NCBI GenBank assembly: GCA_021787985.1
Contig: JAJYLG010000001.1
Coordinates: 50,163-114,162, forward strand
From: Chloroflexota bacterium
GTDB taxonomy: Bacteria > Chloroflexota > Dehalococcoidia > DSGV01
Direction of reading: 5' to 3'
Length of the DNA stretch: 64,000 bases
This document shows, one piece after another, positions 26,940 through 35,602 of this stretch. Both the position numbers and the translations under genes were made by a program. Every line of letters starts with the position of its first letter. Within the stretch, counting starts at the first letter, position 1. The notes under the pieces are model-generated. The model saw only the letters and a program-made list of their open reading frames with translations. It was not told the origin of the DNA and did not search any database.

Positions 26940-28442
26940 TCATCCGCTGCTTACCCGTTCTCTTTCCCGTGAGACCCCCCGCGTCTGTTCGTCCGCTCCG
27001 ACTCCTCCAGGAACGATCCGCCCGTGCAGCCACTCGCCTACCTCGGCCCAGGAAAGTGCATCGAGGTCGCGAGTGAAGCCGGCGAGACCGCCCGGCATCG
27101 CCAGCACCACGAGCAAGACCGCCGCGCCCGCGAAGGCGGGCTGCAGCGCCACGACGTTGAGAAACGTCGAGGTGATGAAGCGCAGCCCCGCGAGCACGCC
27201 GACGGCGATGACCGCGGCCACCACCACAGCTCCGGTCACGAGACCGGCACGGGTCACGGGGCTGGCAGGCCTCGCCATGAAAGAGCGCGTAGTACGCGGC
27301 AGCACCGACCTCCGCGAGAACCAGAGCAAGACGAGGACCGTGATCAGCGCCACGACCAGCACATCCGCCCAGTTTCGCGAGCCGCTCTGAAACGCGCTGG
27401 AGAAGGCCTGTACGCCTTGTTGGTAGATGTAGACGAGAAAGAAGCCGCCCAGGATGGACCCGAGGATCGACGCCCTGCCGCCGATCACCATCGCCAGCAG
27501 GAACTCGATCGACTGGGTAAGCGTGAACCCGTCCGGCGCCACGCTGCGGTTGTTCAACAGGAACCACAGCCCGCCGGCCACGCCGGCGAGCGCCGCGCTG
27601 ACCACGAAGGCCGAGATCTTGACCAGCGCGATGTCGACGCCCATCGCCGTTGCGGCGTTCTCGTCGTCGCGCGTGGCGGTCAGAGCGCGCCCCGCCGCCG
27701 AACGGACGAGATTGCTGACCAGCCAGATCGCCACCAGCAGCACCAGCAGCCCAACGAAGTAGTGCCACCGCTCCGAGGTCAGCCAGTGCCACGAAACCGG
27801 CGGGCCGAATGCGCGGCTGAACTCGCTCAGCCCGTTGAAGCTGCCGGTGTACTTCTCGAGCTCGTGCACCTGCAGGACCTCCGGGAAGGCGACCGTGATC
27901 GCCAGCGTGACCAGGCCGAGGTAGTGGCCACGCAAGCGGAGGGCGGGCACCCCGATCAGCAGGCCGACAGCGGCGGTAGCGGCCGCGCCGATGGCGACCG
28001 CCAGCACGATGCTGAGGTGCCCCTGTCCCGTGGCGATCGCCGCCGCGTACGCCCCGATCCCCAGCAGCGCCGCGTGACCGATCGAGATCTGGCCGGTGTA
28101 GCCCGTCACCAGGTTGAGGCTGAGGACGATGAGCGACACGACCAGCGCGCGGTCCATCAGGCTGACCGCGAAGGTGCTCTTGGCAACTCCAGGTAGGACC
28201 ACCGCGAACAGCGCCGCGCCGATCGCCCATCCGAGACGTGCGGAGGAAACCCCGCGGCCCGCCTGCGCTCCGCGCCGAGTCCGACGCCACGAGGCGAGCA
28301 TCACCGCGGCGCCGACGGCGCCGACCGCAAGCCCCGCGCGCGGGCCGGCCACGTAGACCGCGAACCACAGCCCCACGATGAGCGCCAGGAGCTCGACCGG
28401 CGTCGGTATGACGGACGCCGTGGCCCAGGCGGCCCGTTTCAT
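26940..28442 (-). CDS. ABC permease, LivM-like
   Basis: It is polytopic, with a LivM-type core ...GYTGQISIGHAALLGIGAYAAAIATG.... The stop overlaps the upstream LivH-like gene start by 4 nt. Confidence 0.8.
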   Translation of the reverse strand: MKRAAWATASVIPTPVELLALIVGLWFAVYVAGPRAGLAVGAVGAAVMLASWRRTRRGAQAGRGVSSARLGWAIGAALFAVVLPGVAKSTFAVSLMDRALVVSLIVLSLNLVTGYTGQISIGHAALLGIGAYAAAIATGQGHLSIVLAVAIGAAATAAVGLLIGVPALRLRGHYLGLVTLAITVAFPEVLQVHELEKYTGSFNGLSEFSRAFGPPVSWHWLTSERWHYFVGLLVLLVAIWLVSNLVRSAAGRALTATRDDENAATAMGVDIALVKISAFVVSAALAGVAGGLWFLLNNRSVAPDGFTLTQSIEFLLAMVIGGRASILGSILGGFFLVYIYQQGVQAFSSAFQSGSRNWADVLVVALITVLVLLWFSRRSVLPRTTRSFMARPASPVTRAGLVTGAVVVAAVIAVGVLAGLRFITSTFLNVVALQPAFAGAAVLLVVLAMPGGLAGFTRDLDALSWAEVGEWLHGRIVPGGVGADEQTRGVSRERERVSSG

Positions 28443-29359
28443 AGCTTGACCACCCGTTTCCGGCCGAATAGTCCCTGGGGCCGGACGATAAGCAGCACCA
28501 CGATGACCACCAGCGCGATCAGGTCACGGTACTGCTGCGGCTGGGCGATGTTGAACGGGAGGTGCAGCCATCGCACCACGTTGCCGAGGTAGACTCCGGT
28601 CAAGCTCTGCAGCACGCCGAGAAGAACGCCACCGACCAGTGTGCCGACCATGCTGTCCAGCCCGCCCACGACCGCCGCGGCGAACGCGAACACCAGGACG
28701 ACGTCCATCATGTTGGGCGTCAGGCTCAGCAACTGCGCCAGAAGCATCCCGGCGACGCCCGCGCACGCGATCCCCAGACCCCAGGCGAGCATCATCATGC
28801 GGTCCGTTGGAACGCCGGCCAGCTCGGCGGCCGTGCGGTTTGCCGCCGTGGCTCGCAGCACCAGACCAAGGCGGGTGTGCCGGAAGAGAAGGTACAGGGC
28901 GAGGACGAGCGCCAGCGAAACGCCGAAGAGGTACAGCGACGCTCGCCCGATGTGCACACCATGCAGGTCGATCGGCGGCCCCGCGAACGGCTGCGGAAAC
29001 GGATGAGGCTGACCACCGTAGATGCCAACGGTCAGCCCGTAGAACACGAACAGCAGTCCCAGCGTGACGATCAGCGGATTGAGCCCGGTGCGCTCCTTCT
29101 CCGGGACCATTCGGATCACCAGGCGCTCCACCAGCGCACCCACCACGAAGGCGACGATCGTGCCGAGCAGGAAGCCGGCCGGGTAGGGCAGCCGGAGCAA
29201 CAACGACCAGGCGATGAACGTCACGAACGTGCCCATCGCTGCCTGTCCGAAGTTGATGATCTCCGTCGCCTGGGCGATGACGACCAGTCCAAGCCCCACG
29301 ACCGCGTAGACGCTGCCTGTCAGTGCACCCGTGATCGTCTGCTGGAGGAGCTGGGTCAT
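28439..29359 (-). CDS. ABC permease, LivH-like
   Basis: Contains MTQLLQQTITGALTGSVYAVVGLGLVVI... and ...INFGQAAMGTFVTFIA.... Four-nt overlaps on both sides. Confidence 0.85.
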   Translation of the reverse strand: MTQLLQQTITGALTGSVYAVVGLGLVVIAQATEIINFGQAAMGTFVTFIAWSLLLRLPYPAGFLLGTIVAFVVGALVERLVIRMVPEKERTGLNPLIVTLGLLFVFYGLTVGIYGGQPHPFPQPFAGPPIDLHGVHIGRASLYLFGVSLALVLALYLLFRHTRLGLVLRATAANRTAAELAGVPTDRMMMLAWGLGIACAGVAGMLLAQLLSLTPNMMDVVLVFAFAAAVVGGLDSMVGTLVGGVLLGVLQSLTGVYLGNVVRWLHLPFNIAQPQQYRDLIALVVIVVLLIVRPQGLFGRKRVVKL

Positions 29360-30168
29360 GTGGAAGCGGCCCCCTGCCCGAGATAGCTTCGTCGTACTTG
29401 TTCGCTGCCGCGCAGCTCCGCCGCCGAGCCGACGGACATGACCGTCCCGGTCTCGATGACGTATCCCAAGTCGGCGATACTCAGGGCGATCCCCACGTTC
29501 GGCTCCGCCATGAGCACCGCGACGCCTTGCTCGCGGTTGATGCGCGTGATGATCCGATAGATGTCCCGGACCACAAGCGGCGCCAGGCCCAGCGATGGCT
29601 CGTCCAGCAGCAGCAGCCGAGGACTGGCCATCAGCGCGCGAGCGATCACCAGCATCTGCTGTTCGCCGCCCGACAGCGTGGCCGCGCGCTGCCTGCTGCG
29701 CTCTTTCAGGATCGGGAAATACTCGAACGCCCGCTCCAGCGCGGTGGCGATCGCGGACCGGCCTCGCGTGGAGTACGCGCCGACCATGAGGTTCTCTTCA
29801 ACCGTTAAGTCCGCGAACAGCGGTCGTCGCTCGGGCACATGGACGAGACCGCGGTGCACCAGTGAGCTCGGCCGCTGTCCCACGATCGACTCGTCCTCGA
29901 ATTCGATCGACCCGGCGTCTGGTCGTGCCAGGCCCGAGATGGCGCGCAGCAGCGTGGACTTGCCGGCCCCGTTTGCGCCCAGCAGGGCCACCACGCCATG
30001 GCGCTTCACTTCGAGGTTGACGCCGTGCAGGACCCGGAGCTTGCCGTACGAGACCCACAGGTCGCGCACCCGCAGCATGGGATGCGCGCCATCTGCCGAC
30101 GCGGTCGCCCGGTCCTCCCCGCGTGAGCAAACACTCGTACCGGCTTCTCCGCCGGCCTTCTCACTCAT
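29356..30168 (-). CDS. ABC ATP-binding protein, LivF-like
   Basis: Has GANGAGKST and LSGGEQQML. The ATG at 30166-30168 overlaps the upstream stop (ATGA). A shorter start at 30078 (MLRVRDLWVSYG) is possible. The ORF-track start at 30297 is an artefact. Confidence 0.75.
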   Translation of the reverse strand: MSEKAGGEAGTSVCSRGEDRATASADGAHPMLRVRDLWVSYGKLRVLHGVNLEVKRHGVVALLGANGAGKSTLLRAISGLARPDAGSIEFEDESIVGQRPSSLVHRGLVHVPERRPLFADLTVEENLMVGAYSTRGRSAIATALERAFEYFPILKERSRQRAATLSGGEQQMLVIARALMASPRLLLLDEPSLGLAPLVVRDIYRIITRINREQGVAVLMAEPNVGIALSIADLGYVIETGTVMSVGSAAELRGSEQVRRSYLGQGAAST

Positions 30169-30965
30169 CAGCCGCCCGATACCGCCGTTTCTGCCACCGA
30201 GTCGAGCTCGCCGAGGTATGCCAGCACCACCGCGGGATCGCGCTGGACCGCGTCCGGCGGGCCATCCGCGATCTTCTGCCCGAAGTTGAGCACGCATACC
30301 CTGCTCGAGATGCTCATGACGAGACCCATGTGATGTTCGACGAGCACGATGGTGACGCCGGCCTCGCGCCTCACGCCGAGGATGACGTCCGCCAGCTCCG
30401 CCACCTCCTCGTGGTTCAAGCCGGCTGCCGGCTCATCGAGCAGCAGCAGCTTGGGAGCCGACATGAGCGCGCGCGCCAGCTCGACGCGCTTGCCCGTCTG
30501 CACGGAAACCTCGCTTGCCTTGCGATAGGCGACAGCGGCCAGCCCGAGCTGCTCGATCAGCTCGCCCGCCCGACGGCGAAGCGCCTGCTCGGATGCCCGC
30601 AGCCGCGCCCACGGAACCATCGAGACGAAGGGGTTGGTCACGGCTCCGGAATGGCCGCCGACGAGGATGTTCTCCAGCACCGACATCGACGGGAAGAGCG
30701 CCACATTCTGGATGGTGCGGGCAATGCCCAGGGCCGCAACCTGCTTCGGCCGAACCGGCCGCAGATCCTTCCCGTCGAACTGTATGGCTCCCGCATCCCA
30801 GTCGTAGAACCGCGAGACGCAGTTGAGCAGCGTGGTCTTGCCGGCCCCGTTCGGGCCGACCACCGCGCAGATCTCTCCGGCCGCGACGTCCAGACTCACG
30901 TCCTGGAGCGCCTGCACACCGCCGAAGCTCAGCGACACGCCACGCACCGAGAGCACCGAGGTCAT
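30168..30965 (-). CDS. ABC ATP-binding protein, LivG-like
   Basis: Contains MTSVLSVRGVSLSFGGVQAL... then GPNGAGKTT... then LLLLDEPAAGLN. Confidence 0.85.
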   Translation of the reverse strand: MTSVLSVRGVSLSFGGVQALQDVSLDVAAGEICAVVGPNGAGKTTLLNCVSRFYDWDAGAIQFDGKDLRPVRPKQVAALGIARTIQNVALFPSMSVLENILVGGHSGAVTNPFVSMVPWARLRASEQALRRRAGELIEQLGLAAVAYRKASEVSVQTGKRVELARALMSAPKLLLLDEPAAGLNHEEVAELADVILGVRREAGVTIVLVEHHMGLVMSISSRVCVLNFGQKIADGPPDAVQRDPAVVLAYLGELDSVAETAVSGG

Positions 30966-31115
30966 GTCTTACCGTCGCGTGCTCGCTGTCGGCGGCGCCG
31001 GACAGTCCTCAACTCCACCATCGACCCAACCGACTCTCCACGGTCCGGCTGATCTCCTGTCTCCAACGCGTATTCGCCGCGGCAGCGGCGGGCCGGGCGG
31101 CCGGCTCCGCGGCCA

Positions 31116-32156
31116 TCACGGCGCCACCGCCAGGTCACGCACGACGGCCGAGGTCATTTGTGTGTCTCCAAAGTTCGAGCAGACCGTGACGTGATACGGC
31201 TCGTCCCCGCCCGCCACGACCAGCACGATGTCTTCCGGCTGGGCGGCGACGGCATGCTCTTCCGAGATGGCGCGGCGCTCGGGGCGGCCGCCCAGGGCCT
31301 GGATCTCGTCCGGGAAGCGCGACCGCGGCACCTTCGCGTGCTCGTACAGCCATTCCTTGGTGCGCTGCTTGTCGTAGCCCTGGCTCTGGAGCAGATTGGC
31401 GTGGCCGTAGCTCATGATCACCAGCGGATTCCCGTGCTGGAACTCGACGTTGTTGGCGCCCACCTGCCCGAGCGTGTCCGCCACCGCCAGCAGCACGCTC
31501 TCCGCCTTCTTGTAGATGGCGAGGACGTTGGCCGTCCCGATCGCCCCGACGCAGGTAACGACACTCTCGTTCGCAGCGAAACCTCGTTCGACGTGCAGCG
31601 GGGGCCACGGGCTGCGCTCCTCGTCCTCGCCGAAGCAGAACGTGTACTTCCCCGGCATCCCGTGCAGCGCCTGGTCCACGGTGCCGGGAGCGGCGCCACC
31701 GATGTGCAGCATGCAGAGGCGGACCGCCCGCCCGATCGTGGCGTTCGCGCGCCAGCCGGGGCCGAGCAGCCCGCGCTGGCAGTTGATGCCGATCGTGCGT
31801 CGTATCGGCCCGTTGACGATGATGGCGGGTCCAACGGGATTGGTCGTGGTCTGGATGCCGTGGAGGTTGAAATCGGGGATCGCCAGCGCCTCGACCGCGG
31901 CGATAACCGTCGACATGTACTCCGGCAGGCAGCCCGCCATCACCGCGTTGGCCGCGATCGTCTCGATGGTGGCCGCGCCCCCCGCCGGGTCGAGGTAGGC
32001 GATGAGCTCGTCCGGCGGGCGTGCGGTCGCCGCCACCATGGCCGCGACCCGCTCCTCCGTCGGGGGTATCAGGGGCAGTCCGTCTCCCCAGCCCTGGGCC
32101 TGGGCGTAGTCCAACCACCCATCGAGTGAGTCCGGGACCTCTCGAACGGTAGCCAC
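31116..32156 (-). CDS. Uncharacterised conserved protein, UGSC-associated partner B (paralog of 23600..24688)
   Basis: Contains ...GWGDGLPLIPPTEE... and ...GPGWRANATIGRAVRLCMLHIGGAAPG.... It has a GTG start 20 nt after the UGSC-B stop. Confidence 0.65.
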   Translation of the reverse strand: MATVREVPDSLDGWLDYAQAQGWGDGLPLIPPTEERVAAMVAATARPPDELIAYLDPAGGAATIETIAANAVMAGCLPEYMSTVIAAVEALAIPDFNLHGIQTTTNPVGPAIIVNGPIRRTIGINCQRGLLGPGWRANATIGRAVRLCMLHIGGAAPGTVDQALHGMPGKYTFCFGEDEERSPWPPLHVERGFAANESVVTCVGAIGTANVLAIYKKAESVLLAVADTLGQVGANNVEFQHGNPLVIMSYGHANLLQSQGYDKQRTKEWLYEHAKVPRSRFPDEIQALGGRPERRAISEEHAVAAQPEDIVLVVAGGDEPYHVTVCSNFGDTQMTSAVVRDLAVAP

Positions 32157-32175
32157 AATGCCGCAGACGACCTCC

Positions 32176-32718
32176 TTACGCTTCCAGCGGGCGCGGCGCC
32201 GCCACTTTGGCGACCACGTCGTCGATCGCGTTCCTGATCACGCCGCGCGAGCTCTCGGTGTCGCCGAACTCGGTTACCTCGGTTGGCGGAAGCACCACCA
32301 TCGGGGAGCTGCTCGCCCCCTTACCCTTGAACGTGACCGTGGCGAGGTTGACGAACCGCTCGGTCACCAGTACCACGGACGGGATGCCCCGTCGAATCAG
32401 CTCGATCGTGTCGTGGACACTCCACGCGGTGCAGGACCCTCAGTTGGCGAGCCCCACGATGGCGATGTCGGCGTTCTCCGTCGCCTGTTGGAGCACGGCC
32501 TCCGACGCGGCGGCGGCGATGGGCACCTCGAACTCGAGGACCTGCGCGACGCCGAACTCATTGACCAGCGTGCCGCGCATCTCGTCGACCAGCTTGTTCA
32601 TGCTCTGCCAGCCGTTGTTGAGAAAGACGACGGACTTGCCCCGCAGGTCTTGCGGGGCGAACTCCGCGGTCACTCGGGTCGCACGAAACGCACCAGCCGT
32701 CGGTTCTACGATCCGCAT
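32176..32718 (-). CDS. UGSC-motif small selenoprotein B (in-frame TGA at ~32440-32442)
   Basis: Starts at ATG 32716-32718 with a GGGAGAAACAC RBS. ORFs 32440..32718 and 32176..32376 are in the same frame: ...DIAIVGLAN-U-GSCTAWSVHDTIELIRRGIPSVVLVTERF.... This is the same architecture as UGSC-A. Confidence 0.7.
32411..32425 (-). other. SECIS-like stem-loop downstream of the UGSC-B TGA
   Basis: The mRNA forms CGUGG-AGUGU-CCACG, 14 nt after the UGA. It is near-identical in shape to the UGSC-A hairpin (loop AGUGU versus AGUAU). Confidence 0.4.
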
Positions 32719-32737
32719 GTGTTTCTCCCACCAGGCG

Positions 32738-32751
32738 ATTATCGATTATCG
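32738..32751 (-). promoter_or_regulatory. Third copy of the AT-rich motif (perfect tandem GATAATCGATAAT in gene orientation), 20 nt upstream of the UGSC-B start
   Basis: ATTATCGATTATCG on the plus strand. It is -10-like, but there is no obvious -35. Confidence 0.45.
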
Positions 32752-32840
32752 GCCCTTCCCGCTCGTACCCGCCGAGAATAGCCACCCGCCCGCGCAGCGT
32801 CAAGCTCCCCACGTCGGACGTCGTTCGCAGCCGCGGCAGG

Positions 32841-32946
32841 CTGGATTCCCGCCCCCCGCCTCCGTGGGGGCAGGCTTCGCGGGAATGGCGAAGAGCGCGG
32901 GAATGATCGACGGCGTGGGAACGACGAAGCGCGGGGATGGCGCGCG
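32841..32946. repeat. Structured intergenic repeat, copy A: ~47-nt imperfect palindrome followed by 3 degenerate ~18-nt direct units beginning GCGGGAAT/GCGGGGAT
   Basis: The core is CTGGATTCCCGCCCCCCGCCTCCGTGGGGGCAGGCTTCGCGGGAATG, with ATTCCCGC...GCGGGAAT arms and an inner CCCCC...GGGGG. It recurs in inverted orientation at 42430-42556 with one mismatch in the core. Confidence 0.6.
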
Positions 32947-33065
32947 ACTCGCGGTCGATGAGGCGAAGCGGAGCGACGGGGCAATCGCTTTCCCCGGACG
33001 CAGAGGGGAGAAGACGCCGAGGGCCGCTTCCTTGCGAGGGTCCCTCGGCATGAGGTTCGTGTGGC

Positions 33066-33141
<76 letters not shown>

Positions 33142-33492
33142 GGGCAAGCGGTAGCCTATCACAGGCCGACCACGCGCTCAATTGCTTGTGGCGCTCCAAG
33201 ACCGGCGGAACAGAGGGAGGGCGAAGGGGTCACGCGGTCTGGTTGGCCTCTCGATGCGGAGTGCACGCAGCTTCCTGCCGGCGGAGCTCGCGGAGTCGGG
33301 CTCCCGACCACGGGGTGCCGGTGGGGAGATCCTCTGGCCGCGACGCCGCGGTCTCACTCCGTTGGCGGACCGACGAACCGAGCCGCAGAACAGCGGGAGA
33401 GCGGAGCCGACCGGCTCCGCTTTCCTGCCACGCGGTGAGCCACGCAGCGGACCCTGCGTTTTTCCCCCGTTGCTCCTCCAACGACCGGGCTC

Positions 33493-34227
33493 CTAGCGCT
33501 TGCGCAGCGCCAGCAGGCCACTCGCGCCGGCCAGCCCGGCCAGGGCCAGGGCGCTCAAGATGAGCGCGGCTTGCGGCCAGCCCTGTGAGGCTTGACCGGA
33601 GCCGGTGTTCGGCGGCACCACCGTACCCGGCAGCGTCGGCGTAGTGCCACCGGGCGTCGCCGATGCGCACGGCGATCCCGTGGCGTCTACGCATGGCGTT
33701 GCTGTCTCCGCCGGGGTAGACGTCGCGCAGGGCGCCGTCGGCGGGCACGGCGTCGCAGTCGTCGGCGGCGGAGTGGATGTCCCGCAGGGCGCCGTCGGCG
33801 GGCAGGGCGTCGCGGTGGTGCCGGGCGTCGCCGTTGGGCACGGCAATCCCGCCGCGTTCACGCATGGCGTGGCTGTCTCTGTTGGAGTGGACGTCGCGCA
33901 GGGTGCTCCGGTCGGTGCGCATGGCGTGGACGTCGGCGTGCACACCGCTCCTGCGGGACACGTTGGCGTCGACGTCGCGGTAGGCGTCGCGCAGGGCACC
34001 CCCGGCACGCACGTGGTAGGGGCCGCCTGTGCCAGCGCAACCTTCGTCCGCAGCGGCCCACCACCCACCGTCGCTCCGGCCAGGCCTGCCAGTGCAAGCG
34101 CGACCAGCGCCAGAGCGAGCACGGCTGTCGCCCGCCGGCCGACATGAGAACGCGTGCGCTCCATCGCCTCGCGCTCGGCCGTTTGCCGTCCGCTTTCCTT
34201 GCCCGATGTCACGGGGTCGTTGTTCAT
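33493..34227 (-). CDS. Thr/Pro/Cys-rich repetitive secreted/surface protein with C-terminal TM segment plus basic tail (sorting-signal-like)
   Basis: Starts at ATG 34225-34227 after a GGAGGAG RBS. It has an N-terminal hydrophobic segment (AVLALALVALALAGLAG), ~14 copies of a TPC/TPCPPTAPC-type repeat, and a C-terminus ...LPGTVVPPNTGSGQASQGWPQAALILSALALAGLAGASGLLALRKR. The DNA shows tandem repeats. Confidence 0.55.
   Translation of the reverse strand: MNNDPVTSGKESGRQTAEREAMERTRSHVGRRATAVLALALVALALAGLAGATVGGGPLRTKVALAQAAPTTCVPGVPCATPTATSTPTCPAGAVCTPTSTPCAPTGAPCATSTPTETATPCVNAAGLPCPTATPGTTATPCPPTAPCGTSTPPPTTATPCPPTAPCATSTPAETATPCVDATGSPCASATPGGTTPTLPGTVVPPNTGSGQASQGWPQAALILSALALAGLAGASGLLALRKR
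33600..34010. repeat. Imperfect tandem DNA repeats inside the Thr/Pro/Cys-rich gene
   Basis: GTGGACGTCGCGCAGGGCG-type units of ~30-45 nt recur. Confidence 0.5.
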
Positions 34228-34637
34228 GTTGCTTTCTCCTCCCGGTGAGAAACCGTGCGGTGTTCGCCCTTACTTGCTCGCGGACCAGCGTCCCCTCGTG
34301 GCACAGGTCCGAAACCTGTGCCACAGGAGACCCGCGGTGCGCACTTCATTCCTCGTGTCCCCGCCCCTCGCCGGACGCCCGATCCTGTCGCTCCGGGCTC
34401 GGGGCGCTGGCGAGCCGGAGTGTGATGAAGTCGGTCAGGTCGGCGAGGGAGGAGAAGTACAGCCGCTGCCCCGAGGGCACGTGCTCGACCGAGCCGGGCC
34501 ATTGGCCGGGCCCCGCGCGGCCCGGCTCGTGCCAGATGCGCACGATGAACAGATGCTGCGGCCGTCGCGCGGGCTCGGCCAATTTCGCCTCCTTACGGTA
34601 TCCGTGACACTGCGGGCTCAGGTGGGTCACCCGACGG

Positions 34638-35381
34638 CTAGAGTCGCGCCGCGAGCTTCTTGGCCAAGGCGATCAGGGCGTCCTTCCTGCCGGCGGCCTC
34701 GGACTCGGACCCTTTGTACGAGAGGGTGACAAGCGTACCGCCCTTCAAGAAGACCAGCACCGCCTCGCTTCCGCCGTTGGCGATGCCCAGCTTCGCCTCG
34801 TCACCGATGCCGGGAACGGGCGTGCCCTCAGTGCTGCTATCTTCGAATTGGCTCTTGGCCAGGTCGGCGTAACCGGCTGGGACCTTCATGACGTCGAGCA
34901 GCAGGTGCTCGCCTGGGCCGAGCATGCTCGCGGCGGCGGCGGCGTCCGAGCCCCATGCGCACACCGAGACGCTGAGCGTTGGGGCACCCGCGCGTCCGCT
35001 GGTGCTGTGTGGGGGAAACCGCTTCACCACCGTGAGCGTCGGCGAGATTGAGGCCGCCTCGGCCGGACTGACCAGGCTGCAGGCGTCCGCGCTCGTGGTG
35101 GTGCCCTTCGCGGTCGTGGACCCGCCCGGTGTGGCGGGCGGGGTTGTCGATGTGGTGGTGGCCTGGGCTGCCGTGGTCGTCGCGGTTTGTGAGCTGGCCT
35201 GCGAGCGGCTCGGCCCCTTCGCCCCGCAGGCGGCCAGTGCCAGCGTGAGCACGGCCAAGCTCGCGAGTGCAGTCGCTCGAGCTCGTCGCATGGCCCGCCG
35301 GGGGCCGCCTGCGGGGCGCCCCCCGCCGGCCGCGGTCGTTGGTGCCGAGAGCGCCTGTCGACGATACATCAAGATGTGCAT
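34638..35381 (-). CDS. Hypothetical lipoprotein with Thr-rich low-complexity linker
   Basis: The ATG at 35379-35381 is preceded by a strong RBS GGGAGGAGAAAAGGAGG. A lipobox LTLALAACG lies ~50 aa in. The true start could be the ATG at 35291. Confidence 0.45.
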   Translation of the reverse strand: MHILMYRRQALSAPTTAAGGGRPAGGPRRAMRRARATALASLAVLTLALAACGAKGPSRSQASSQTATTTAAQATTTSTTPPATPGGSTTAKGTTTSADACSLVSPAEAASISPTLTVVKRFPPHSTSGRAGAPTLSVSVCAWGSDAAAAASMLGPGEHLLLDVMKVPAGYADLAKSQFEDSSTEGTPVPGIGDEAKLGIANGGSEAVLVFLKGGTLVTLSYKGSESEAAGRKDALIALAKKLAARL

Positions 35382-35602
35382 GACCTCCTTTTCTCCTCCC
35401 CTGGCGGCCGGGTGCTCGCAGACCCAGCGCACCGCTAGTGTTCACGGCTCGTTGTAAACGGCCTGCCGTCCAGAAACCGTCCAAGGGGGGTCCGACCGGC
35501 AGTTGAAGCTACCCGTGGCTCGGCCGTCGGAGGCTCCCACGGCTGGAGCAGGTGGTGGCACAGGCTTGAAGCCTGTGCCACGTCTCGCTCTTACTCGCCG
35601 GC

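Noticed and set aside
26845-28368. 507-aa minus-strand and 390-aa plus-strand ORFs over the LivM-like permease
   Set aside because: These are alternative frames of a gene with a clear polytopic LivM signature. The sequences are low-complexity Arg/Gly-rich.
32880-32950. Possible CRISPR array (short tandem repeats GCGGGAATG...)
   Set aside because: There are only 3 degenerate units of ~18 nt with no unique spacers of regular length. The element is a palindrome-plus-half-site repeat that recurs inverted at 42430-42556.
33230-34324. 364-aa minus-strand ORF overlapping the Thr/Pro/Cys-rich gene in another frame
   Set aside because: The alternative frame 33493..34227 has a strong RBS, a signal segment and a sorting-signal-like C-terminus. 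This frame is Arg/Asp-rich noise.
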